Source: Octopus sinensis (Eukaryota). Taken from it: DNA of 64,000 bases. Numbering within the stretch: position 1 is the first letter of the stretch; each line of letters starts with the position of its first letter. The DNA lies in the NCBI RefSeq assembly GCF_006345805.1, contig NC_043003.1:105586001-105650000 (forward strand). Direction: 5' to 3'. Below, piece after piece: positions 24,792 through 37,460 of the stretch. A program made the position numbers and the translations under genes. Below the pieces are notes generated by a model, which saw only the letters and a list, made by a program, of their open reading frames with translations, had not been told where the DNA came from and did not search any database.

Positions 24792-25389
24792 TTGCCACTC
24801 TTTCATTTTTGAGATTTCTAAGATTTTTTGCTTCTGTAGCTTCATTTTACTTTTGTTTTCGTTATGCAGATTAGTAGAATGAGTTTTGGTTTTTTCTCTT
24901 GAACAAAATGTAAAATTTATTAGACACAGTCATGGCTGTGCGGTTAAGAAGCTTGGTTTGGGGTTGAGTTCTACTGCATGGCACCTTGGGCAAGTCTCTC
25001 TTGCTATAGAGCCAGGCTGACCAATGCCTTGTTGAGTGAATTTGGTAGACAGAAACTGTGTAGAAGCTCGTGTGTGTGTCCACCATCTTTGTTCGACAGC
25101 TGTTGTTGGTTTGTTTACATATTTGTAACTTAGCGGCTCAGCAAAAGACTGATAGAATAGGCACTAGATTTCAAGAAAAAGAAAAAGAACTGGGGCAAAT
25201 TTGTCCAGCTACATCCTTCAATGCAGTGCTCCAGCATGGTTGTAGTTTAGTGACTTAAGTAAAAAGAAAGCACAAACTTTATAGCCTTTTCTATCATTCT
25301 GTTTTTACATTCAGTTTCTGTCTACTTATGTATTTTGTATTTAGTTTTCAATCTCTTTGTCTAACAGTAAAATTTTATTATATTTTCAG

Positions 25390-25526
25390 ATATTTCAACG
25401 ACTATCTTAAATGTATGAACCTCCTCATAAGTGAATGTGACAAAAAGCATCTTTTGAACTTCAAAAGCTTCAAGGAATTTTACACACGTCCTCCTTATAG
25501 ATGCCGAATAACTCCTACATACAAAG
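25390..25526 (+). CDS. Coding exon 4 (YFNDYLKCMNLLISECDKKHLLNFKSFKEFYTRPPYRCRITPTYK-G)
   Basis: ttttcAG acceptor at 25388-25389 and donor GTAAGT at 25527; phases match exon 3 (2) and exon 5 (1). Confidence 0.85.
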
Positions 25527-25629
25527 GTAAGTTACTCTTGTTACAATAAAACTTGTCAGATGGAACAAAAACACGTTTATGTTTCATTTCTCTTTTAGAT
25601 ATTTTCAAATTTGTCATCTCAAGAATCAA

Positions 25630-26330
25630 TATTGTCATTTAGCGTCTGTTGTCCATACTGGTATTGGTTGGACGGTTTGACCAGGGCTGGCAAGCTGGAA
25701 GGCTGCACCAGGCCTCAGTCTGTTTTGGTATAGTTTCTATGGCTGAATGCCCTTCCTAATGCCAACCACTCTGAGAGTGTATTGGGTGCTTTTACGTGCC
25801 ACCAGCTCAGATGCCATTTGCACGACACCAGTATCTGACATGACTGCAGTTTTGATGGGTCTCCTTCTTAAGCCCGGCATAATGCCAAAGTGAGGTTCAA
25901 TGCTTGAAAGGTGCTTTTACGTGTCCTTCGTGTGACACCAGTATCTGCCACAACTGCAATTTTACTTGGTTTAATGGATCTTCTTCTCAAACACAACATA
26001 ATGCCAAAGATCTTGGTCATTGCTTCTGTGAGGCCCCACACTTGTAGCATCCCTGTACATGGCTTGTACGGCTCTCACCAACTACTCGTCTATCCTTAGT
26101 TTCCACCAGATAAGGGATCGGGGAGACCCTGTCAAAGGCTTTCTCCAAGTCAGCAAAAGCCAAGTACAGAGGTTTATCTTTGGCTGTGTATTTCTCCTGC
26201 AGCTGCCTTACCAGAAATATAGCATCAGTGGCACAAGGCCAGACTGCATCTCAACTAGACACTTTCTCCCTAATTAGTTGGGCTTTGATTCTCTCTGTAA
26301 CTTTCATCACCTGATCCAACAATTTGATAC
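25630..26330 (-). mobile_element. Internally deleted RTE: RT fragment joined to 3'UTR
   Basis: KLLDQVMKVTER and TDAIFLVRQLQEKY..YLAFADLEKAFDRV on the minus strand at 26040-26330. Confidence 0.85.
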
Positions 26331-27460
26331 CTCAGTAATTATTTCTATCTAAGGCATCACCTTTACATCTGTAGCAGTTGACTATGGTGCTGCTACACCA
26401 GCCATTGGGTATAACTCCTTTATGAAGTACCCAATTTACAATATGAGTGACTAGACCATAACCCACACCACCAGATAGTTCCACATTTTATTAAACTATC
26501 AAATATACACATGCTGCATGTACAAGTTTGTAAATAGTAAAACTAGAATCCAAAGAAACTAGTGATTATCATCATTAAACATCTGTTTTGCATGCTAGCA
26601 TGGGCTGGAAGGTTTTACTGGGGCTGGCAAGGTCGGAGAGCTGCATCAGGCTCTAGTCATCTGGTTTGGCATGGTTTCTATGGCTGGATGCCCTTCCTAA
26701 TTCCACACACTTTACAGAGTGTACTGGGTGCAAGGCAGTGAGCTGGCAGAAATGCTAGTACGCTGGACAAAACTGCTTAGCACTATTTCGTCTGTCTTTA
26801 CATTCTGAGTTCAAATTCTGCCAAGGTCAACTTTGGCTTTCATCCTTTTGGGGTCGATAAATTAAGTACTTGTTGTGTACTGGGGTCAATCTAATCAACT
26901 GCCTCCTCTCTCTCCCCCAAAATTTCGGTCCTTGTGTCTAGAGTAGAAAAGAGTGCACTGGGTGCTTTTTATGGGGTACCAGTGCCAGCAGGTGTCGCCA
27001 AGTAACTTTCAAGACAAAAACCTCTTAGTTGAGAGGAGGGGGTGGCTGTGTGCCAAGTGAGAGGTTAGAGTATGATAGCAGGACAGGGGTGGTCAATTTG
27101 GCTTTTGCTCCCTCTCATTATCACCAACCCTTGAACTTATTGGGCTGGTTATCAGGTTTGCATATAAGTGACTGAAATCACAACATTCCCTCTGGATGAG
27201 TGGGGACTGGAGCAACATGAAAGGAGGTGTTTTACTCAAGAATTCAATCCACTCCTGGTCTGAGAATGGAAACGATGAGCTTGTAACTGTGAATGCAACA
27301 CCCCCACCACAAGGCTGTGCCCCTTTGCTTTTCTTCCCTCTGGGGTTGATAAAGTAAAGCACCAATTAAGTACTTGGGTCAGTCTGACTAATCCTCTCCC
27401 CACAAATTTTAGGCCTTGTACCTACTGTAGAAAAAACTGTTATTATTATTATTATTATTG

Positions 27461-27713
27461 AGTGAGAGAGCAGTGCATGCCATCAAAGTGACACTGGAGT
27501 AAAATATACGAAGCCCAGTATACCCTTCATGACTACCCGTCTGATAAGGGTACACAAGGCACATGCATCACAACCATATGTGCGCGACATGGTGATCTCA
27601 TAGCAAGATTAACTTCCCAAGCTAACCTGTCATATCTCTCAACTTTTCTTTCTTCCTTATCGCATACCTTGTTGTCAGCTGGGCATGCTATATCTGTGAT
27701 CCAGCATAGTTTG

Positions 27714-27716
<3 letters not shown>
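27461..27716 (-). mobile_element. Fragment of a non-LTR element with a restriction-like endonuclease, between (TTA)n tracts
   Basis: CWITDIACPADNKVCDKEERKVERYDRLAWE resembles the D..P.D....KE..K..KY..L motif of RLE domains. Confidence 0.6.
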
Positions 27717-27759
<43 letters not shown>

Positions 27760-28306
27760 GAAGGTGGTGAGCTGGCAGAATTGTTAGCATGCTGGATGAA
27801 ATGCTTAGCAGTATTTCGCCTGTCGCTATGTTCTGAGTTCAAATTCTGCTGCAGTTGACTTTGCCTTTCATCCTTTCGGGGGTCAATAAATTAAGTACCA
27901 GTGAAACACTAGGGTTGATGTAATTGACTAGTCCCCTCCCACCCCCACTAAATTTCAGGCCTTGTGCCTTTAGTGGAAAGGGTTATTATTCTTCTTATTA
28001 TTATTCTGGTGGTGGGCCTGGCAGGATTGTTAGCATGCTGCACAAAATGCTGAGTGGCATTTTGTCCGTTTTCATGTTCTGGGTTCAAATTCTACCCGGA
28101 TTGATTTTTGCCTTTCATCCGTTCAGGGTGAATAAAATAAGTACCAGTTGAGTACTGGGGTTGATGTAATGAACTTAACCCCCTCTCCCCCCCCCAAATT
28201 GTTTGCCTTGTGCTTACAATAGAAAAGTTTGTTATTAATGTTATTTTACCCATCTTTTTATTTTATTTTTTTCTCTATTTTCTTTTTTTTTTTTTTTTTT
28301 TTGCAG

Positions 28307-28386
28307 GAAGTCAACAACATATAGCAGCGTCTGGATGGATTCTTCTTTTCGGACTCGCCTACATTTTACTACTACAAATTGCTTGA
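28307..28386 (+). CDS. Terminal coding exon 5 (G-SQQHIAASGWILLFGLAYILLLQIA*), GPI-signal-like tail
   Basis: Poly-T tract plus gcAG at 28305-28306, TGA at 28384-28386. The joined CDS is 441 nt (146 aa plus stop). Confidence 0.85.
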
Positions 28387-29582
28387 GATTAGTGCATAGA
28401 TAACAATTTTCTACTAGTGTACACTACAATATTTGCGTGCCATCTTTTTAGCCGCTTGGCCAGGAGTACGGAGACTGTATTAAATGCTAAAGAAAAAAAC
28501 GAAAAAAAGACGAAAAAAAAAATACGAACATCATAAAGAAGACAACTAGACGGAGCAAATTTTCCATTTTTGCTTAGTCAGCATAATTTTTTCATTTTTT
28601 TAAAAAACTTATTGTTATTTTTCTTACAGCACAGAGTAATGGCATTTATAAATTGTCCTTCTAGTTATCAACATTAAAATTTTAATCTTTAATAATAATA
28701 TTGGAAATAAAAGTATTTGAAGAAAATGGAAAACCTAAAATTTAATTTGAAACTTTAAACTCTTATGCCTCAATTTAACTAATATATTCAAAATCCAAAC
28801 TATAATAAGCCTTATTCTGAGCCTTAAGTCTAATTGCCATTAAGATTTTCTTAACTTCTGTTAAGATTCTGTTTTAAATTTTAGAACCTTAATAAAGATG
28901 TAAGACAAATAATTGATATAAAGCTGAACACTTTACTCCACATTCTCTCAAAGTTTTATGTCAGTTAATCTATTAAATGTTTTCTCCTTCCATCTATCTA
29001 TCTGTCTGTCTATCTTTCTCCATTTTTGCCATTTTCTCTTAGAAAGGATTTAGATATATAACCAGAAATATTTTAGCAAAGAAGCAGGCTCACAATATGC
29101 AATTTCTACATCTACAAACTAACATCTGTTTATACATTTTTTCTTGCTTTTTCTCTTTGCACATCTCACATGGTATTTTAGCATGGTAAATCTGATATTA
29201 TAGATATTTGGCATGTCAGCTTCTTTGGGGGAGAGGAGTTGCCAGTACACAGCAAAATGCCTATTGTATCTGTGAAACACACAAATTATAATTAGAGGAA
29301 ATAAATTCATTGATAAAATCTGTACATAATGAGAAATCCAAGTCTTATTGCAGAAGGAATCATAAACTAGGAAATTAAAATCACTGTTTAAATTCAACAT
29401 TAAATTCTTAAGAAAAATAGGAAACATCTTAAATGATGTAAGGTTCACATTTTCCTTATCAAACGAAATAAACGTTTGTTATAATATGTTGAAATAATTG
29501 TCAAAAGAATGAAATATTAGAATGAAGGATTTTTTAAAATTTATACATTAAAATCTTGCTAGGGTCAATTTTGACTTTTTAA

Positions 29583-30031
29583 CCCTTTCATTACTGTATT
29601 TATTTTGAGATGCTCTGTGTTTCTTTCAATTACTTTAACCCTTTAGTGTTCAGATTATTCTATCAAACATAATGCTTATTGATTTCCATTGATTTGAATT
29701 AATCATGCATTATCTCATATCTTCAAGATCTTGATGGTGTAATTACTTAATGTAGAATAACATTGTAGGGTAGGTGTGAGAGCCTGGATCATCAGATCCA
29801 GGCTCTCACACAGTTTGAACATAAAACAGATTAGCTATTTTGGCCGGATATGGCCGGTTTAAATACTAAAGGGTTAAATATCACAAAGAATTTAGTAAAA
29901 TAACTTAGTTATCATTCAGCTAGTGTTAGGAACATAAATTGTGACTAAGGTTTGGTGGAAGATTTTAATTCAGAACTTATGAAAATAAGACATTTGTACT
30001 CAGAGCCAGAGCCGGGTTGGTAACGAAAGGG
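29583..30031. mobile_element. piggyBac-type MITE (outer) containing a second MITE
   Basis: TTAA at 29579-29582 and 30032-30035; CCCTTTC..TAC/GTAACGAAAGGG termini. Confidence 0.85.
29639..29873 (-). mobile_element. piggyBac-type MITE (inner), same family as 9032-9261 in the opposite orientation
   Basis: TTAA at 29635-29638 and 29874-29877; aligns to the 9-kb copy. Confidence 0.9.
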
Positions 30032-33000
30032 TTAATCCTTCTGTAGTTGATAAAGTGCCAGTCGAGAACTGGAGTAGATCTACTCAACCATATTTCCTCT
30101 AAATTCCTGTTTATGTTAGCAACTAATTATAAATTTTCTCTATGAATTTTAGTAAAATATTATATGACTCTATCTGTAAATGATTAAAATAAGTTGATTT
30201 TATAAATCAGATTTTCTAAAAGCAAACAATCTACTCTGGTAGACGTATTACTGTTTCTCTAAAAATGATTAAGGCAAGGGAAGTAATGTGCCTTGCCTAA
30301 GAGTACAGCTTAACGTTTATTAGTTGACTTTGCATTCTTGACCCTGCATCAGTAACCAGGTTTGATAATCAATTTAGTCTTTAAATATAAAATAAATATT
30401 TTGTATTTAAAACAGCAATGTAATGACTTGTGGTCATTTAATTAATTCATTATACATTTATGTAGTGGAACTTAAAATATTATCTGCTTCGGTGATCTCC
30501 CAGTTTCTAGTTTATCTGCCTTTATCATTGAGCTACTGTTGATAGCAATAAAAAATTAAAGTGCATCTGATCTCAAAAGATTCATTAGAAAACATTAGGA
30601 ACGGAATAAATTCTATAACCACCATAAATTAATAACTACTATAATTAGGTCTGTTAGACATCATTTGAGTCACTCAGTGATTTGAACTGATACAAATCTA
30701 GAATTATATTTCATCACTGACTCATATTATGATACTGTGTAATGTTATAAAAAATAATCTCTGACATGTTGTAAACTGATATGCTATTAGTCACTGCAAT
30801 AGGCTAACTTAAACCTCTTGGATTATTATTGATCTTAAAATGAAATCTAAACCCTATCAACATCTAATCTAAATAGTGATCTTCCTCACTCCTGGTAAAA
30901 ATAGTATTTCAGATTTTACACTTATTTCTAAATAGAATTATTTTACACTTATTTCTAAATAGAATTATTTAAAAATCGAAATCTTTTCTCAACTTTTCAA
31001 TGGACATTTAGAAGATTAAGCAGGACTGAAGTTTACATGGTTACGTTGCTGTATTTTAACACCAATAACTGCCTTCGAAATAAAATTCTATTTCTTCTCT
31101 TCCCAAATCTTAGTTTACTATTTGAGTAACAATTGACTAAAACTGAAGACTATATTCTCTAATTGTATGAAAATTATTCTAATTGCCAATTATTTTCCCT
31201 CAACTGGAACCTCAGTTCAAACTAAATGCAAAGTAAGTCTTGGAGAAATATTACAAGTTAACATAATATGTTATGTGTGTTCCCAATAATATTGCAGTAC
31301 CTTGCCCTCCTATATATCAACCAATGTTTTATTACCCTGCTATAATATCAATCTCACTCACTAGTGACCTGCATGTTCACTGGTGACATGCACGTTCTCT
31401 TTTAGCCTTATGAAAATCCTACAAGCAATTCATTAGATTTATTACTCAAATCATTACATCAGTGTCCTTTTACAGTTGTGATATTTTACCTTAGTAGTTG
31501 GTCACTTCTAGACCAACTATTTTTTTTTTTTTTAATTTTTGTAAATGAAAATTCTCAGGACTCATTTGAAATTTCACAGGTGCAGGAAAGTGACCGTGGT
31601 TAAGTTAAAGTTAGGTAAAACTAACTGTCGAAGTAGTTATCAATTCATCCCCAAATAACTTAATCAATAAATCCTGTTTTGTAAGAGAGAGCTCAACAAA
31701 TTGGTTGTTCTTCTTCTTATTTGAATTCTGTGATCACTTTTGGAAGAGCAATACGAATATTGTCAACTTTGGAAAATATTTCCAAAACAACCTAATGCAA
31801 TAACCTGATTTTAGTTCAGAAGGAATATTTTATGAATCTATGAAAGAACAAAGAACAAGAAATGTTATGACTTTGCCTGTATGATATTGACTCTAAGTTC
31901 TTTAAAACAAATAGATGTTAACGAGTAATTCTTTGTAAAAGCAAACAGTCTTCTTTGGTTGGAGCGTATCAATATTTCTGTAAAGATGATTAAGGCAAGA
32001 TCATATATCGTTACATATGATATTTTAATTAAAATAAATGAAATAATAAAAATATAATGTAAAAGAAATCTAGTTAATTTATTATTCTTCGTAATGCAAG
32101 ATGTTAACCCAGTTTTCTGCTGTGGTATCTTTCAAGGTTTTGGTTATAACTTTTTTTGAAGTGAAAGAAATCTGTTATGAAGCTAACATTAGAACCAAAA
32201 AAAAATCTAGAAATCTTTAAAAAGCTGCTGGCACAAGAATTGGAAGTCATTACTTTAGTATTAATTTTAAGAACATTTAACCCCTAGCAATATTTTTCTT
32301 TCTTTTTCTTTTAAATTAAATAATAATTTCTTATTGAACTTTCTGAAAAAATGGCCTCATCCTATAAAATGCAATTATTGCTTGCTTTTGGTGTTATATT
32401 TGTTGTTGCAGTACAGTTTGTACATGAAAGTGTGTGTATGTATGTGTGCGTGGGCATGCATTTTTAAATATTTTCTTGATAGATGTTCTGAAAAATGCAT
32501 GACAGATTTGTGAAGCAGAATTTTATACCAACTTCTTATATGGACATGTGTATACAAGTTGTAAGTTATCGTTTGGGGGAATGAAAGCAAAAAGTTAATC
32601 TAGAAGCTAGTCTGATCACAGAAATCTCTCTTCTAAGTAAGTATATCATCACCTGATGAAATTTCTAATGCACCAAGTTGAACAACACGTTTCTCTACTC
32701 ACCTCGCTCAAGACTTTGAGATATTGACTTCCTAGTCTCTGGCTTGACCTTCACACACTGCCATTTGTATGAACCAGTGACTCAACTGAGTTATCCATAA
32801 CATCTGCTTTGGTAACAGCAACGATATGTTCCAATATTTAGACATATCTGACTTTGCTTGCTCACAACTAATGTTTGTTTAAATAGCTTAAACCTTCTCA
32901 CTAGAAATCTAATGTGCCACATGGGGGAACAATGAAATACAATATTTCAAAGATTTTACTTCCTTCTCTTTCCCTTTCCCCTATTATTCTAAACAATTCT

Positions 33001-34524
33001 TTTATTTCTGTTTATCATCTTTATATACAGATTGCCTTTTTATAACCAATTATTATTTTTATTATTATTATTAATTAATAATAATGTATGAAACTAAACA
33101 AGGGTTATGAAATAAGAGTTACATTAACCGAATGGAAGACCCTCATGTTGTGGCAGATTTATGTAGCAAACCGTCCTAATTCATACCTTTTTTGTTATAA
33201 TTGTTGGTCTAAGAAGCTAATTTCGGTGGTTTCAGTACAAATGATTAGCATTTTGTACAGTACTTAGAGGAAAATGTTTAATTATCTTTGTTCATCCAGT
33301 AATTAATATCTTTAACAGCAGATATCTTTAACAGTAGATGTTTCTTGTGAGGGAAAGATCAAGAACAACTTAATGTTTAGGCTGAATCATCTGTCCTTAT
33401 CTTTGCCATCAAGTGCAACGTCTTTTTGCATATTTTCAAAATAATGTCACACTCATGAGATTGGATGTGTATGACAATTCATATCAACATAAAGATCTGA
33501 CAGTAGTTTACTGTCAGACTGTGTGAGGCTTGGTTTTCCTCACAACTAAAGGTTGTGCAAGTTTGTCAACAAATATAAGAATATAGCTACACTTGTAAAA
33601 TGTTTTAACAACAAAAAAATACTGCTGTGTGTTGTTTACTTACTGATTGGTTGAACTAAGAACTGTATGTACTCTTAAAGAATAAATAGTGATTGAATGA
33701 CTACCAAAAAATCCTATGTGATTAGAACTTAGACACTGAAGTCACCATTTTTTGTTCTTTTTCAACTTTTGTTCTGTTACCCACAGAAGTCCATGGTTGT
33801 AGTAGAATACAATATCAAAATTGAAAGTAAGTTGTTTATTGCATTTTTGTTGTTTGTTTTTGATCTTACCATTGTTTTGTTTTGTCAGGGAAATGTATGA
33901 AAGCAGAAACAAAGCTAGAAGCTGTTGAATATACAATAGTTGAGAGTATATCAATGAATTGTCTATGTCCATACCAGTGATTGTTAAGTCAATGCAATTC
34001 CAGTCAATAGAAAACGTTAACGATTTGCTCTTTTGAAAGCACTTTATACAAAGTACTTTTTTCCCCCCTCTTTATCATAATATTCTTCCACATGTGTTGA
34101 TGGTGAAATAACAACAATCAATCAATAATGCTAGTTTTTTTGTTGTTGTTTTTTTTTTTTAAATTTTTCTCATGTACTTTCACAGTTTTATTTACAAATA
34201 AATTTTGAAAATTAATTTCCCTCTTGTTATTTCTATAATGAATAATTAATTTTTATTGTAATTTGTTCTTGCAAGATGTTCTTCAAAGTGTGCAGTTTGG
34301 TTAATAAAGTTAAAATATTTCAAATTATTTTGTCATCATACCTAAACTAATTAAATTGTTGAACAATAAGCATTTAACAATTTTTATGTGCACATGGTAA
34401 TTTTTCCATCATAGTGTGTGTGTGTGTGTGTGTGTGTGAAAGAGAGAAATTGCTAATCTTCATTCTTAAGCTGTAGACATGTCTTTCATGGAAGACTGGA
34501 AACAAGCAACATAATTTCTATACT

Positions 34525-35300
34525 CTTTTACTTCTTTCAGTCATTTGACTGTTGCCATGCTGGAGCACCGCCTTTAGTCAAGCAAATCGACCCCAGGACT
34601 TATTCTTTGTAAGTCTAGTACTTATTCTATCGGTCTCTTTTGCCGAACCACTATGTCACAGGGACGTAAACACACCAGCATCGGTTGTCAAGTGATGTTG
34701 GAGGGACAAACACAGACACACAAACATATACACACACACACACACACATTACTCTTTTACTTGTTTCAGTCATTTGACTGCGGCTGTGCTGGAGCACCAC
34801 CTTTAATCGAGCAACTCGACCCCGGGACTTATTCTTTTGTAAGCCCAGTACTTATTCTATTGGTCTCTTTTGCCGAACCGCTAAGTAACGGGGACATAAA
34901 CACACCAGCATTGGTTGTCAAGCAATGCTAGGGGGACAAACACAGACACACAAACAAATACATATATATATATACGACAAACTTCTTTCAATTTCCGTCT
35001 ACCAAATCCACTCACAAGGCATTGGTCGGCCCGAGGCTATAGCAGAAGATACTTGCCCAAGATGCCACGCAGTGGGACTGAACCCGGAACCATGTGGTTG
35101 GTAAACAAGCTACTTACCACACAGCCACTATACACACACATATATATACACCAGGCTTCTTTCAGCTTCCATCTGCCAAATCCACTCACAAGGCTTTGGT
35201 CGGCCCGAGGACACTTGCCCAAGGTGCCACGCAGTGGGACTGAACCCAGAACCATGTGGTTTGTAAGCAAGATACTTACAACACAGCCACTCCCTACGCC
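34525..35300 (-). mobile_element. Tandem cluster of three SINE copies/fragments (24.4-kb family)
   Basis: Repeated tail, body and head segments. Confidence 0.85.
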
Positions 35301-35890
35301 TGTATGATGATAAAATTCATTTAAAATCATCTCATGATATGTTTTATATGGAATTCTGTGAACAGTAGCACCAATGGTTGCAGGTTTCTAGTGGACGTAT
35401 GTCTAAGTCACAGCATTTCTGTTGATAAATTCAAAGTAATGCTTGTAACTCAGGGCAAAAAGACTCTGCAGTGGTCAAGAGAAACGTCCCGATTCAGGAG
35501 GTGGGATGCATTGTGTAAGATGTGCATGACTGGCAAGTAGTTGTGATAAAGAAGTTACCAACGGTTGTAATAAAAGCAGAATCAGCTTTGATTTGATAGT
35601 TTGGGTTTAGAGGAATGTCTGTGTGTCTGTTAAAGATGCATGCAGGCAATGAAAGTAGCTTTCTTTGTGAGTTGAGGGGGAAAAAAATGATTTCTGAACT
35701 GAGGGTATCAGCTTGTGGGAGAGGTAAGAAGGGTTAAAGAATGGAAGTCAGCAAAGATGATGACTTGTGAGAAAGATGGCCTTGAAGCAGCAAAGGATAT
35801 GGTCAAAGAGTTGTCGGTTTGAGAAGTTTGGAGAATGGTAAAAGAAACAGATATGTTTGAAAGAGTTGAATAGGGAAAATGAATCATTGT

Positions 35891-36210
35891 CATCATCATC
35901 ATCGTTTAACGTCCGCTTTCCATGCTAGCATGGGTTGGACGATTTGACTGAGCACTGGCGAACCAGATGGCTGCACCAGGCTCCAATCTTGATCTGGCAG
36001 AGTTTCTACAACTGGATGCCCTTCCTAATGCCAACCACTCCGAGAGTGTAGTGGGTGCTTTTACGTGCCACCAGCACGAGGGCCAGTCAGGCAGTACTGG
36101 GAACAGCCACGCTCAAATGGTGTTTTTTATGTGCCACCTGCACAGGAACCAGTCCAGCGACACTGGCAACGATCTCGCTCGAATGTTTTTTCACATGCCA
36201 CTGGCACAAG
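35891..36210 (-). mobile_element. RTE 3' end fragment
   Basis: Same motifs. Confidence 0.85.
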
Positions 36211-36659
36211 TACAAGGATTAGCTTTTGGAGAGAAGTTTAAATAAAGTGTGTAACCCGGAAGACAAAGATGAGCGATAGAAAAGGGACTGAAAGAAGATT
36301 TATGTCTCAGACAGAAATAGGATGTGTGGCTTGTATGTAAGAAGTGAGCTGCTGTTAGGGATCTAAATTGGAGTTTATGTTTATAAATGTTAGAGAGGTG
36401 GAAAATTATCTGGCAGGTTTGAAAATGATAATGAAATTATTGTATACAGTGCTCAGGTGAACAGTGTATGAGTCAGGTACATGCTTGCATGTGTATGGAG
36501 GGGAGAAGCTTTATTTTTGGGAATTTGGGGAAGTGTAGAGGATCTCCGTTCATGACCTTCTATGGAGAGCCTGGTTCCGATGCTTACAACAAATATATCT
36601 TTGCTAAAGATATCCATGGGGTTAGTTGTGTGATGTTACATTAAGTGTTACTGTGTGAC

Positions 36660-37030
36660 CGTAGTCATGGCTGTACCATCTGACTGGCACCTGTGCTGGT
36701 AACATGTAAAAAGCACCATTCTAGCGCTGGGTCTCAGGGAGGCAGTGACGTGACCAAGACCCATGGCGATATACCATGCTTGTGTTGACCTATCAAGCCA
36801 AGCGAGACCATAGTCGTGGCCAATATTGGTGTCAGGTCAATGGCACCTGTGCCAGTGGCACAGAAAAAGCACTTACTACACTCTCAGAGTGGTTGGCATT
36901 AGGAAGGGCATCCAGCTGTAGAAACCTTGCCAAATCAGATTGGAACCTGGTTCAGCCCCCCCCCCACTTACCAGTTTTCAGTGAAACTGTCCAACCCATA
37001 CCAGCATAGAAAGTGGATGTTAAATGAAGA
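36660..37030 (+). mobile_element. RTE 3' end fragment
   Basis: Same motifs, opposite orientation. Confidence 0.75.
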
Positions 37031-37140
37031 TATCACTTGAGGATAAATGTCAAGACTCTCTCTACAATAGATATACACTGGATAGATGACCTGGAGTCAA
37101 ACAGCACGTTTACACAGCCTGCACGTATTGCGGCTGCCAG

Positions 37141-37460
37141 TACATGGACCGTTCAAAAGTCACCATACGTTGGAACAATTTATCTTTTTATAAGAAACAG
37201 TTTATGAGAATAGTTTCTTTTTCTTTTATTTAACAGGCTCTTAAATGGTTACCCTTGTTTTGAATATACATTGCAATACGTTTACCTCAACTCATTGTGA
37301 ACTCGTAATAGCACATCTGGTGATACGTGTGCAAATGAGTTGGTGATGCGTTCCTTCAAATGATTCATGTCTTTTATCTTTTTGCGATACACCATGCCTT
37401 TCAAATGCCCCCAAAGATAGAAATCAAGAAGGGTCAGATCAGGGGATCTAGGAAACCTTA
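37141..37460 (-). mobile_element. Tc1/mariner-superfamily transposase C-terminal remnant
   Basis: WFPRSPDLTLLDFYLWGHLKGMVY..LKERI on the minus strand. Confidence 0.85.
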
